NCBI GenBank assembly: GCA_964628465.1 | Contig: CAZVOA010000008.1 | Coordinates: 41,322 to 105,321 of the forward strand | Origin: an uncultured Pirellulales bacterium | GTDB lineage: Bacteria > Planctomycetota > Phycisphaerae > Sedimentisphaerales > Anaerobacaceae | Direction: 5' to 3' | Length of the DNA: 64,000 nucleotides | Part shown: in pieces, positions 53,428 to 62,078 of the stretch | Position numbering within the stretch: the stretch's first letter is position 1 | Layout of the letters: every line of letters begins with the position of its first letter | The notes under the pieces: generated by a model | The model's input: only the letters and a program-made list of their open reading frames with translations | Told to the model about the DNA's origin: nothing | Database searches by the model: none | Made by a program: the position numbers and the translations under genes

Positions 53428-54399
53428 TTACTTCTTATTTTTATCATCAGATACATTCAGGCTTGTTCGCTGTACTACAGATGACGCGGTTCTAATTACA
53501 CCCGCTATGTCAGCAAGGTTATTTGGAATAATCATTGTATTATTTGTCTGCGCGAGTTTGCCGAATTCGTTGAGGTATTGCTCAGCGATTCGCAGGTTCA
53601 CGGCGTTTATGCCGCCTTCGGCATTGATGGATTTTGCAATTTCGCGTATTCCGAGAGCGGTTGCTTCCGCTACTCTTTGAATCTCAATTGCCTTTCCTTC
53701 GGCTTCGTTTATACGTTTTTGTTTTTCACCTTCGGAACGCGCAATCATTTCCTGCCTGTCACCTTCGGCTCGATTGATTTTCGCCTGCCTGTCACCTTCT
53801 GACTCGGCAATCAACGCGCGTTTCTCACGTTCGGCACGCATCTGTTTTTCCATTGCGTCCTTAATACTCTGGGGCGGCATGATATTTTTCACTTCGTAAC
53901 GAGTGACTTTAATTCCCCACGGATCTGACGCTTTATCGACAGCTTCTACAATTACGCTGTTTATAACCTCTCTCTCCTCGAAAGTCTTGTCCAAATCAAG
54001 TTTACCCATGACGCTGCGCATCGTTGTCTGTGCCAACTGCGACGAAGCAAAAAGGTAGTTATTAATACCGTAGGAAGCCTTTTTCGGGTCGATCACCTGC
54101 ATATACAAAATGCCATCGACTTCAACTGCGATATTGTCCCTGGTTATACATGACTGAGGCATAACATCCACCGCTTGTTCCTTTAACGTGTGTTTGTAAG
54201 CGACTTTATCAATAAACGGAATCAGGATATGAAATCCCGCTTCGAGAGTTTTCGAATATTTTCCAAGACGCTCGACAATAAAGGCTTCTTTCTGCGGCAC
54301 AATTCTTACCGCTTTGAAGAATGCGACTAATATAAAAAGAGTAATGCCCGCAAGAACAATTGTAATTATGATTTGACCAGAATCCATTTGTGCTAACAT
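53428..54399 (-). CDS. SPFH/band-7 (stomatin-like) protein
   Basis: N-terminal TM segment. VRIVPQKEAFIVERLGKYSKTLEAGFHILIPFIDKV ... ITRDNIAVEVDGILYMQV. Followed by an ERE/KR-rich coiled coil. 323 aa. Confidence 0.92.
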   Translation of the reverse strand: MLAQMDSGQIIITIVLAGITLFILVAFFKAVRIVPQKEAFIVERLGKYSKTLEAGFHILIPFIDKVAYKHTLKEQAVDVMPQSCITRDNIAVEVDGILYMQVIDPKKASYGINNYLFASSQLAQTTMRSVMGKLDLDKTFEEREVINSVIVEAVDKASDPWGIKVTRYEVKNIMPPQSIKDAMEKQMRAEREKRALIAESEGDRQAKINRAEGDRQEMIARSEGEKQKRINEAEGKAIEIQRVAEATALGIREIAKSINAEGGINAVNLRIAEQYLNEFGKLAQTNNTMIIPNNLADIAGVIRTASSVVQRTSLNVSDDKNKK

Positions 54400-54438
54400 T
54401 TCTATCCCCTTTCGTAAAAATAGGTTTTTCGCTTATTG

Positions 54439-54921
54439 TTATATCGCTTTTACTTTCAACGTAAGATTTTCTTTTTTCAGAATTTCGACGCTCACGCCTT
54501 CTTCGATTTCCATATCGGCCTGAGCATTCCAGTTCGTGCCGTGAAATTCGACTTTACCGCCTTTTTTCGGAGTTATTTTTGTAACTGCTACGGCACGCTG
54601 ACCAACAAATTCTTCCATATCCTTCATAAGGTCCTGCTCCATGCCTGTATGGCCATGAAAAACACCTTTAAGCCATTTCCTGAGAATCACCAGCGACAAA
54701 ATCGAACTGACAAGAAAAATCAGTAGCTGCAAATTTATCGAGTCATGGACATATGAGCTGGCAAAACATAAAGCCGCTACAATCCAGGCGCCAACACCGA
54801 AGAAAAAGATAATCAAGCCCGGCAGAGTAAATTCCAATAAAAGCATTACAAGTCCGACCAGGAACCATATCAGCTCCGGCCTGAGAAATTCTTTAATAAT
54901 GTCCATATCTTTCCCCTTCAT
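54439..54921 (-). CDS. NfeD family membrane protein
   Basis: TM-rich N-terminal half and a C-terminal OB-fold-like part (GQRAVAVTKITPKKGGKVEFHGTNWNAQADMEIEEGVSVEI). Classical partner position upstream of an SPFH gene. Confidence 0.85.
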   Translation of the reverse strand: MKGKDMDIIKEFLRPELIWFLVGLVMLLLEFTLPGLIIFFFGVGAWIVAALCFASSYVHDSINLQLLIFLVSSILSLVILRKWLKGVFHGHTGMEQDLMKDMEEFVGQRAVAVTKITPKKGGKVEFHGTNWNAQADMEIEEGVSVEILKKENLTLKVKAI

Positions 54922-54998
54922 TTACAGGTTTAGTAGATTTTAAGAGACACCACTTTAACCTTCTATTCAATATACGCATGAGCATAATAAATCTTCAT

Positions 54999-56396
54999 TT
55001 ATTCGGTTTGCTTTAAAATCCAGTCTGCAATTGTTTTAAGTGCCTGCGGCGAAATTGTTTCCTCTAACTGTGCATATTCGGAAACATTACCCGTTTTAGC
55101 CTTTTGGAAAAGATGATTCAATCCGGCAAGCTCTTTTATAGTATAATTCTTATTGCCGCCTTCTTTTAACGCACTTTCAATAGCCGCCAGGTTTTCTTTC
55201 GGTGCTACCTGCAAATCCAGCGAACCATTAAGAGCCAGAACGGGACATTTTACTTTCTTCAAAGCAGGTTTCGGATCATAAGTCAGGAAAAAGCGAAACC
55301 ATGGACTTAGCAACTGCTTGAGGCCATTGTCTATCAATTCCTTATTATTTCCGACTTGTTCAGCTAAAATCGCACGAACTTTTGTTTCGATTACCTTTTC
55401 GTTCGTTTCCTTATTCAGCACATCAAATTCTTCTTTTAGGAATTTTAATTGTTTTGTGATAATTTCATCAGGTGCACCGGTACTTTTAAATATGAGTTTG
55501 TTCTGTAAATAGAGAGTTTCTTCCCCGGTCAAACCTGTACCGGCCAGCAAAACAATAAATGACACATCACCGGATTTGTTAGCGGCTATCGGTGCGATTA
55601 TTCCGCCCTCACTATGGCCAATCAGCCCGATTTTTTTAGTGTCAATTTCTTTGCGTGTTTTTAAGTAATTCACTTCGCAAATTACGTCACCGGCAAAATC
55701 CTCACTCGTGGAATTTTCAGTATTTCCAGTCGAGCCGCCTACTCCCCTGTCATCAACACGCAAAACCGCTATACCTTTGCGTGTAAAGTAATCCGCTATA
55801 ATCCAGAATGGCTTATGACCAAAAATCGTTTCGTCACGGTCTTCGGCGCCGGAGCCTGAAATTAGTATGACAGCCGGACAAGGTTTTTCCGAACGAGGAA
55901 TGGTCAATATCCCTGTCAATTTAATATTCGCTTCGGGATTTTGAATAGTTACTTCGTCCTCAATATAAGGATACGGCTTCTTCGGTTCCTGCGGACGATT
56001 CACTTTCGGAGCTTCATCGGACCGTTTCAGGACAAGAGGCAAAGACGCACCGCTTTGTTTCAACTGGCCGTCGAAGGTTCCATCAGGTTTTAATGTCCCT
56101 TCATAACTGCCCATGATTAGTTGAACGTCAAGAGTCAGCTTGTTATTTTTGAAAGATACTTTATTAACAGGGATATCAGTCGCTCCCTGGTCAGGGCTGT
56201 CCATAGTCGCAGAAAATGAACCTTGCGCATTTTTATTGATTTTAAATACGATTCGAACTGCCCCAGTCGGAATCTCTACGGTTCCCATCCATATTCCCGT
56301 GATGTCCGGCTGAGCGGCTAAACTTATACCAGATTGAGTTATAATAAAAAACATCACCGCCGCGATTTGCACTCTGCATATTTTGTTCATTTTCAA
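54999..56396 (-). CDS. secreted alpha/beta hydrolase
   Basis: Signal peptide. Nucleophile elbow GLIGHSEGG (GxSxG). 465 aa, with a ~140-aa N-terminal beta-rich domain. Confidence 0.78.
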   Translation of the reverse strand: MKMNKICRVQIAAVMFFIITQSGISLAAQPDITGIWMGTVEIPTGAVRIVFKINKNAQGSFSATMDSPDQGATDIPVNKVSFKNNKLTLDVQLIMGSYEGTLKPDGTFDGQLKQSGASLPLVLKRSDEAPKVNRPQEPKKPYPYIEDEVTIQNPEANIKLTGILTIPRSEKPCPAVILISGSGAEDRDETIFGHKPFWIIADYFTRKGIAVLRVDDRGVGGSTGNTENSTSEDFAGDVICEVNYLKTRKEIDTKKIGLIGHSEGGIIAPIAANKSGDVSFIVLLAGTGLTGEETLYLQNKLIFKSTGAPDEIITKQLKFLKEEFDVLNKETNEKVIETKVRAILAEQVGNNKELIDNGLKQLLSPWFRFFLTYDPKPALKKVKCPVLALNGSLDLQVAPKENLAAIESALKEGGNKNYTIKELAGLNHLFQKAKTGNVSEYAQLEETISPQALKTIADWILKQTE

Positions 56397-56438
56397 ATCT
56401 CCGTTTGCAAATATTATTTAATTCTAACTGCCCGATTC

Positions 56439-56546
56439 GTTGTTGTCATGCTGAACGAAGTGAAGCATCTGGCTATAGAATAAAAAGTTACAAACATTTA
56501 TTTAACATTCGCTGGCCTGATCCTTCGTTTCACTCAGGATGACAAA
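56439..56546 (-). repeat. ~110-bp MITE-like palindromic element, copy B
   Basis: Its reverse complement (TTTGTCATCCTGAGTGAAACGAAGGATCAGGCCAGCGAATGTTAAATAAATG...AGCCAGATGCTTCACTTCGTTCAGCATGACAAC) aligns end to end with 28239-28353. Confidence 0.7.
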
Positions 56547-56554
56547 CCGCGGCG

Positions 56555-56869
56555 TTATTCTACAACAACGGCGGTGCCGTAAACCATTATTTCAGCGGCG
56601 CCCTGCATAATTTCCGAAGTCGAAAATCTTAAACCGATTACAGCATTTGCGCCGAGTTTTTTAGCTTCTTCGACCATTCTATCGATTGACTGTTCGCGCG
56701 ATTCGGCCAGCAATTTAGTATATTCCTTCACTTCACCGCCAACGAAATTCCGAAGCCCGGCCATAATATCCCTGCCGATATGCCTTGCTCGTATCGTATT
56801 TCCCCGAACAAGTCCGAGATGTTTGATTATATTCTTATTACATATTGTATCAGTCGTTGACAAAAGCAT
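56555..56869 (-). CDS. YbjQ/UPF0145 family protein
   Basis: 104 aa. LGLVRGNTIRARHIGRDIMAGLRNFVGGEVKEYTKLLAESREQSIDRMVEEAKKLGANAVIGLRF is characteristic of the family. Confidence 0.88.
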   Translation of the reverse strand: MLLSTTDTICNKNIIKHLGLVRGNTIRARHIGRDIMAGLRNFVGGEVKEYTKLLAESREQSIDRMVEEAKKLGANAVIGLRFSTSEIMQGAAEIMVYGTAVVVE

Positions 56870-56975
56870 TTTTTCTCCTTTTTATTTTTTTTAGCCACAG
56901 AGCCACAGAGGACACGGATCACACAGAGGTATTATTATTTTTTAATAAAATTTTCAACTCTCTGTGGCTTATTTT

Positions 56976-57464
56976 TTATTTTTGAATATCTTTATATCTG
57001 TCTTTCTTCCAGAAATATAATCTTTCACGCAGGACAGATACGAACAAAATCGCCAAACCGATTACCAGTAATATGAGACCAATTTTAAGAGTGCATTCGA
57101 CACCTGGATTTTTAATAACATCCTCAATCAGATGGAAACCGCCGAATATTATCAGAATAATAGCAGCTATGGAAAATATAATCCACCCGATGCCAAGCTC
57201 GATTCTGTTATAAACACCGCCCCAGTAATCCTGCCAGAGCTTTTCTTCCGGCTCTGCCAGATTCAGGTCATCTGTTATAGACTTGAGACTCTTAAATCCA
57301 TCTAATTCTTTTTTGCATTCAGGGCATCCTTTAAGATGCTCTTCGAACCTTCTTTTCTGTTCAAGGTCCAGTTCGTTATCCAGGTAGCCCATCATCACAT
57401 CTTTCCAGTTATGGCATGTCATTTGGCTTACCCCCTTTCTAATCATCAGTATCTCGTCTGTCAT
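56976..57464 (-). CDS. anti-sigma factor (zf-HC2 type), membrane-anchored
   Basis: CHNWKDVMMGYLDNELDLEQKRRFEEHLKGCPECKKEL (H-x3-C-x2-C). Two C-terminal TM segments. Overlaps the sigma gene by 26 nt. Confidence 0.8.
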   Translation of the reverse strand: MTDEILMIRKGVSQMTCHNWKDVMMGYLDNELDLEQKRRFEEHLKGCPECKKELDGFKSLKSITDDLNLAEPEEKLWQDYWGGVYNRIELGIGWIIFSIAAIILIIFGGFHLIEDVIKNPGVECTLKIGLILLVIGLAILFVSVLRERLYFWKKDRYKDIQK

Positions 57465-58137
57465 CCATAATCCTTCGTCCCTCGTTCGCGGAGGATGGAC
57501 GAGAACTTAATATTTCTTCCAATTGCTTGCGTGCGTAATACAATCTGCTGGTTACAGTACCTTTATTGCAAAACAGGACTTTCGCCATTTCATCATAAGA
57601 CATGTTTTGAAAATGCCTCAAAACGATAACTTCCCGATGTTTCTCGTCGAGTTTCTCGATAGCCTGCCAAACCTTGTCCTTCATCTCGCTTCGTTCGGCC
57701 ACTTCACCCGGCGAAAAACAATCATTCTGAGCTTCCGCTTCCGGGCATCCTTCTACATCCAAAGAAGCGGCGTTTCTGAACTTCTTTTTCCGCAGGTGGC
57801 TTATGCACAAATTCTTTAGAATCTGGTAAAACCATGGGAAAAAGCCGCACTCAGGCCTGATTTTCTTAATATTGCGAAATGCCCGAACAAACGCTTCCTG
57901 CGATAAATCCTGTGCGTCTTCGCGGTTTCCCACGAATCCCAAGGCAATATAGTATGCATCTTTCATATACTTGTTCACTAAAACTTCAAAGGCTTTTTTT
58001 GAGCCGCGACGGCACATTTCCATCGCTTCCAGCTCTTCCGGCTCGACTGAGCTCGCCGAAGTCTGGCCCACCCTGAGTCGTTCTGATTCAGGGCCTATGC
58101 CGGGTTCGTTATTCGGTTCTACAACCAAGTCCTTCAA
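57439..58137 (-). CDS. ECF-type RNA polymerase sigma-70 factor
   Basis: Region 2: AFEVLVNKYMKDAYYIALGFVGNREDAQDLSQEAFVRAF. Region 4: REVIVLRHFQNMSYDEMAKVLFCNKGTVTSRLYYARKQL. It has a ~45-aa N-terminal extension. Confidence 0.88.
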   Translation of the reverse strand: MKDLVVEPNNEPGIGPESERLRVGQTSASSVEPEELEAMEMCRRGSKKAFEVLVNKYMKDAYYIALGFVGNREDAQDLSQEAFVRAFRNIKKIRPECGFFPWFYQILKNLCISHLRKKKFRNAASLDVEGCPEAEAQNDCFSPGEVAERSEMKDKVWQAIEKLDEKHREVIVLRHFQNMSYDEMAKVLFCNKGTVTSRLYYARKQLEEILSSRPSSANEGRRIMDDRRDTDD

Positions 58138-58330
58138 ATTCGTATCCTATACAATATACGCACAATGAACAGTTTTCTTCAAATTTATCACATTTTTGTC
58201 ATAAATTTTTATATTATCCTCGCCAAAAACGCAATAAATAAATTATTTACCTCTTTTATGTTATCCTATACCAAATCAAAAATACGGCGGAGGATTGTAT
58301 AACTGCAAGCTCGTTTCCAACTGCACAATA

Positions 58331-59284
58331 TCAGGGAGCAGTCAGGAACTTCTTTAACACTGTTTTCATATGAAGATACAGAGGTGTTTTGACTGTGAAT
58401 TTCATTCCCTGGTAAGGACATATACAGCTTGTTACTGGGCAAGGGGTTGGCGATTTATCAAAGTGGTAGTTTTCTTCAAAGAGATTGCCATGCTTCTTTT
58501 CTATTGAGCAACATTTGGTCAAATTGCCCGATATATCCATATTGAAGGCCTTATGTCCAGCCAAACAAAGCCGTCCCCCGAAGTTATCCTTACCAGCAAG
58601 TATTGCCAGCTCATAACTGGACAGGCCCAGGCTTTTGATAAACTCAACTTGTTTCTCTGTATAGCAATTGGGATAGAATTTTCCTTCATACGGCCCCCGG
58701 AAGATTTTGATGACGATATTCTTTACGCCTTCAGCTTTGAAGTAAGCGATATCTTTTTCCAGACGATTAAACAAGGGCGGATACGTAATATACATAAGCT
58801 TCACTCTGAAACCCTTATCTTGAAGAAACAGAAGCTTTTCCAGAAAGCTCTTTGTCGCATTTTTCCTTTTTTCCAGTTCAAGGATATGAGCAGTTGCGTT
58901 TATGGCATGTACTTTAGGTGCTGGAATTTCGTGGGCAAAATCGTATATGTTTGAAGTTGAAAGGTTTGTGTTTATCGAAAGCTGATGGTTTATAGCAAGA
59001 TTTCGTGTAAGATCAATGAATTTTGGGTATAAAAATGGCTCACCTCCCGTCATGTGAATACGCCATGTTTTTTGGGTGTTGTCAAAACACTCAGCTATCC
59101 TTTCCGGGCTGTGTTTGCCGCAATCGCAGTGTTCCTTCAAGCGATCCTTGTCAACACCGTTTCTGAAGCAATAGACACATTCGTAGTTACATAACTGGTT
59201 CAGCCGCCACATCATGTGGTACAGCTGAACATGTTCGCTGTTATCTGTCATTTCGCAAGCAACCATATCTGTCAATCCAAACAC
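58331..59284 (-). CDS. radical SAM protein with a C-terminal Cys-rich (SPASM/twitch-like) region
   Basis: CNYECVYC (CxxxCxxC). GGEPFLYP. C-terminal cysteines CLAGHKAFNMDISGNLTKCCS ... CPVTSCICPY. 317 aa. Confidence 0.78.
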   Translation of the reverse strand: MFGLTDMVACEMTDNSEHVQLYHMMWRLNQLCNYECVYCFRNGVDKDRLKEHCDCGKHSPERIAECFDNTQKTWRIHMTGGEPFLYPKFIDLTRNLAINHQLSINTNLSTSNIYDFAHEIPAPKVHAINATAHILELEKRKNATKSFLEKLLFLQDKGFRVKLMYITYPPLFNRLEKDIAYFKAEGVKNIVIKIFRGPYEGKFYPNCYTEKQVEFIKSLGLSSYELAILAGKDNFGGRLCLAGHKAFNMDISGNLTKCCSIEKKHGNLFEENYHFDKSPTPCPVTSCICPYQGMKFTVKTPLYLHMKTVLKKFLTAP

Positions 59285-59552
59285 ATCATCTATCTCTCGA
59301 TATGCTAATAAACCTGCATCTGGTAGTTATAACTGGTTTTAATGGTCTCCATAAACTTTATAATATCAATATCCTTTTCCTTTGTCACGGTCTATTCGGG
59401 AAATCCGGGATAAATAATTTATTTGGATTTTCCATTCTCAAGTTCAGAAGCTAAGAATTTATATCTAAACGACTTATAAAAATATTCACTTCCGTAAAAA
59501 ACACCGGCGGTTTCATGCCATAAAAATATTTTAAATAATTTGTAAAAAATGT

Positions 59553-59581
59553 TTGACGAAATTCATATACGCATATATTAT
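59553..59581 (+). promoter_or_regulatory. candidate sigma70-type promoter of the primase operon
   Basis: TTGACG (59553-59558), 17-nt spacer, TATTAT (59576-59581). Confidence 0.45.
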
Positions 59582-59595
59582 TAGATATATATCTA
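59582..59595. promoter_or_regulatory. perfect 14-bp palindrome abutting the -10 (operator candidate)
   Basis: TAGATATATATCTA lies immediately downstream of the putative -10 hexamer. Confidence 0.4.
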
Positions 59596-59658
59596 ACATT
59601 TATTATATTATATTAAGATAACGATATTAATAGATTATTATACTTAAGAGATTTAAAA

Positions 59659-59826
59659 ATGAAATATGCGGGATATGTTAAAGTGGAGAAACAAGTGAAA
59701 AGGCATCTCAAAATCCGCCGCAGCGAGCCTTTGCTAATAAAAGAGATATTGCATGATGTTATGCGTAAAATCAGGCTTAAGATGGATCGAAGGATAAGCC
59801 AATCAATTGAAAGGAACATAGGATGA
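59659..59826 (+). CDS. 55-aa basic ORF translationally coupled to the primase gene
   Basis: My own translation is MKYAGYVKVEKQVKRHLKIRRSEPLLIKEILHDVMRKIRLKMDRRISQSIERNIG*. Its TGA overlaps the primase ATG (ATGA at 59823-59826). It falls below the ORF-track length cutoff. Confidence 0.35.
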   Translation: MKYAGYVKVEKQVKRHLKIRRSEPLLIKEILHDVMRKIRLKMDRRISQSIERNIG

Positions 59827-61190
59827 ATGATATTGACCTGGACACCGACCCGATGCAGCTTGCAAATTTCTTTTTGTCTGATTATATCTGGGCTCCGTGT
59901 GAAAATCCTTCCTTTTTAGATGTATTCTATACGCTTCGCCGCTGGCGGGAAGATTATTATTTATGGGAAAACGGCAGATATAGAAAAATATCAAGGGATG
60001 ACGTGCGGGTAAAGCTCACAGAGTATCTTCAGAAGTGGGCGAGAGGAATATTCAGATCACAGCATCGAGTTATCAGGATTACTACAAATTTTGTGAAAAA
60101 TGTTACAATAAATGTCGATCCTGAAATTAATATTAAAGAGACTTGCGAGTTGAATTCTTTTCTCAGCGGCAAAGAAAACGGCAATTATCTGTGCCTTGAG
60201 AATGGTTTATTGAATCTCGATACACGTGAGCTTATCGCTCATACGCCGGACTATTTCACAATAACGAAGCTCCCGTTCAATTACGACCCGGATGCGAAAT
60301 GTCCCATGTTTGATGCGTTTTGCCAGCAGATTATGCTCAATCGCCAGGATTACATCGACCTTCTCATGGAATTTGTCGGATACCTGTTCAGAAACGACCT
60401 GAATGAGCAGAAATTCCTCTTATGTTACGGCGACGGTGCCAACGGCAAGGGCGTGCTTTTCGAGGTAATACAGGCGCTCGTGGGTCACGAAAACTGCTCA
60501 CAGGTACCAATAAGCAGGTTCGGCGACAAATTTGCTCTACAGTCAACGATAGGAAAAGTATGCAATGTAACGAACGAATCGAGCCATATTCTCGAAGCGG
60601 AGGCCGAGAATGTTCTCAAAAGCTACGCCGCGGGTGACAGAATGACCCTTGAACGAAAATTCAGAGAAGCTGTCGAAGTAAAACCTACCGCAAAGCTGCT
60701 TATTTCCACGAACGCCCTGCCACGCTTTAACGACAAGTCGCAGGCCATATGGCGGCGTATCTTATTAGTGCCGTTCGATTATAAAGTCGAGGAAAAATCG
60801 CAAAATAAAAAGCTCGCGCAGGAATTGAAAACAGAACTGCCCGGCATTCTCAATCGTGCCTTGCAGGGACTCGACAGGCTCAATAAGCAGGGTTTTACAA
60901 AGCCGAACGGACAGAAAGACCTTATAGATGAATATCGCCTGGACACAGACCCGGCAAGAGCCTTTCTGCTCGACAATTACGAAGCATCGCTAATCGGTCA
61001 GTCTGTTCGCTGTGCGGATATATATGGAGCATACAGGCAATTTTGCGAGGACACAGGCTGCATGCCAATGAACGAGAGAGCATTTGGACGGCAGGTACGG
61101 AGAATCTTCCCCAAAGTAAATCGCCACAGAATAGGTGAACGAAACAAACGAGAATATGTTTATCAGGGCTTGGTGTCCTATGTGTCCTAA
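59823..61190 (+). CDS. phage/plasmid primase-helicase, P4/D5 family C-terminal-domain protein
   Basis: 455 aa. D5_N-like region (LENGLLNLDTRELIAHTPDYFTITKLPFNYDPDAKCPMFDAFC). Walker A YGDGANGKGV. Walker B-like region, then WRRILLVPFD and a C-terminal winged-helix-like segment. No separate catalytic primase domain recognised. Confidence 0.82.
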   Translation: MNDIDLDTDPMQLANFFLSDYIWAPCENPSFLDVFYTLRRWREDYYLWENGRYRKISRDDVRVKLTEYLQKWARGIFRSQHRVIRITTNFVKNVTINVDPEINIKETCELNSFLSGKENGNYLCLENGLLNLDTRELIAHTPDYFTITKLPFNYDPDAKCPMFDAFCQQIMLNRQDYIDLLMEFVGYLFRNDLNEQKFLLCYGDGANGKGVLFEVIQALVGHENCSQVPISRFGDKFALQSTIGKVCNVTNESSHILEAEAENVLKSYAAGDRMTLERKFREAVEVKPTAKLLISTNALPRFNDKSQAIWRRILLVPFDYKVEEKSQNKKLAQELKTELPGILNRALQGLDRLNKQGFTKPNGQKDLIDEYRLDTDPARAFLLDNYEASLIGQSVRCADIYGAYRQFCEDTGCMPMNERAFGRQVRRIFPKVNRHRIGERNKREYVYQGLVSYVS

Positions 61191-61295
61191 GAAAATCCTA
61201 TTTGTGGCTGTATTCAGAATACATATTAATATTTAGTAAAATATAAAATAGGAAATTGATAGGGTACATAGGACACGGCGTACAAATAAAGATTG
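60741..61295 (+). repeat. ~0.55-kb direct repeat, copy R1 (3' end of the primase gene plus ~100 nt downstream)
   Basis: Aligns with 62079-62635 with only scattered substitutions. It contains an 11-bp inverted repeat, GTGTCCTATGT (61173-61183) and ACATAGGACAC (61266-61276). Confidence 0.85.
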
Positions 61296-61495
61296 ATTCG
61301 CTACGATTCATCGCACTTAGCACTTACGATAATTACCAAAGAAATCTTATAGAATTGCTTGACTTAATTTCCCTGTCTTTGTAACCTATCCCTGTATAGT
61401 AGAGATTATCGAATGCGGCGTTTTACATTCGGAAAGATAGGTTTGATTAAAATGAGCACGAACACTTATAATTACCTTATCAGGAGTAAATTCCT

Positions 61496-61969
61496 ATGAT
61501 AAATAAACCAAAACAGACTCTAATCATAGTAGTATTTACTTTTGCAGGACTTATTATGTTATTTTCAGGGATTGTGAATGGACTCAATCACAATTGGTTG
61601 AAAATGACACTTTATTATTATGCTTTTATTCAACTCTTATTTTCCCTTGTTATGATTATTCTGAATTTTAGAATTGATAATTATTTTAGCCATCTTGAGG
61701 GATTTTTTGACAAAAATAACAAAGTAATTACGAAGAATTATAAAGCTTTTGAACTCATATTTTCTTTTAGTATGATTTTCTTGCAAGCTGCCTGTTTAAT
61801 TCTGGCTATCGTTTTCGGAGTTCATCAGAATTGGTTTTTGACGGGTATTTTTTTAGTTTTTACAATGTTGATTTGTTTTATTTTTTCGACTGTACTATTC
61901 CTACTTAAAATTAATTCTCAAACAAATCGTTTAGAGAAACTCATTTTAGAAAAGACGCGACCAAACTAA
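61496..61969 (+). CDS. small four-TM membrane protein (cassette cargo)
   Basis: 157-aa ORF with AGGAG 9 nt upstream of the ATG. Four hydrophobic segments. Very AT-rich. No recognisable family. Confidence 0.55.
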   Translation: MINKPKQTLIIVVFTFAGLIMLFSGIVNGLNHNWLKMTLYYYAFIQLLFSLVMIILNFRIDNYFSHLEGFFDKNNKVITKNYKAFELIFSFSMIFLQAACLILAIVFGVHQNWFLTGIFLVFTMLICFIFSTVLFLLKINSQTNRLEKLILEKTRPN

Positions 61970-62078
61970 AAGCTGATATAGTTTGTGAATGAAAAAGTCA
62001 CACCTTAATTAAAATCCAGAAAATCAAAGCAATATAGGACTCAAAGAAAAAAAGGGTCCTGACACCTTTAAATTCCCT

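Noticed and set aside
25425-57510. Possibility that the clustered short repeats are CRISPR arrays.
   Set aside because: Units are 7-10 nt, occur in only 2-3 copies, and have no regular 25-40-nt repeat/spacer alternation. No cas genes are present.
58138-58330. ECF-type autoregulatory promoter (GAAAAC ... CGTA on the minus strand) upstream of the sigma factor gene.
   Set aside because: The spacing between the AAC and CGT elements is ~11 nt, not the 16-17 nt typical of ECF promoters. It is not supportable by eye.
58331-59284. Radical SAM protein as a prokaryotic viperin, suggested by CNYECVYCF resembling the viperin CNYKCGFCF motif.
   Set aside because: The CxxxCxxC context is shared by many radical SAM families. 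The protein ends with an additional Cys cluster (SPASM/twitch-like) that viperins lack. The viperin C-terminal motifs were not seen. It is left as a generic radical SAM protein pending a profile search.
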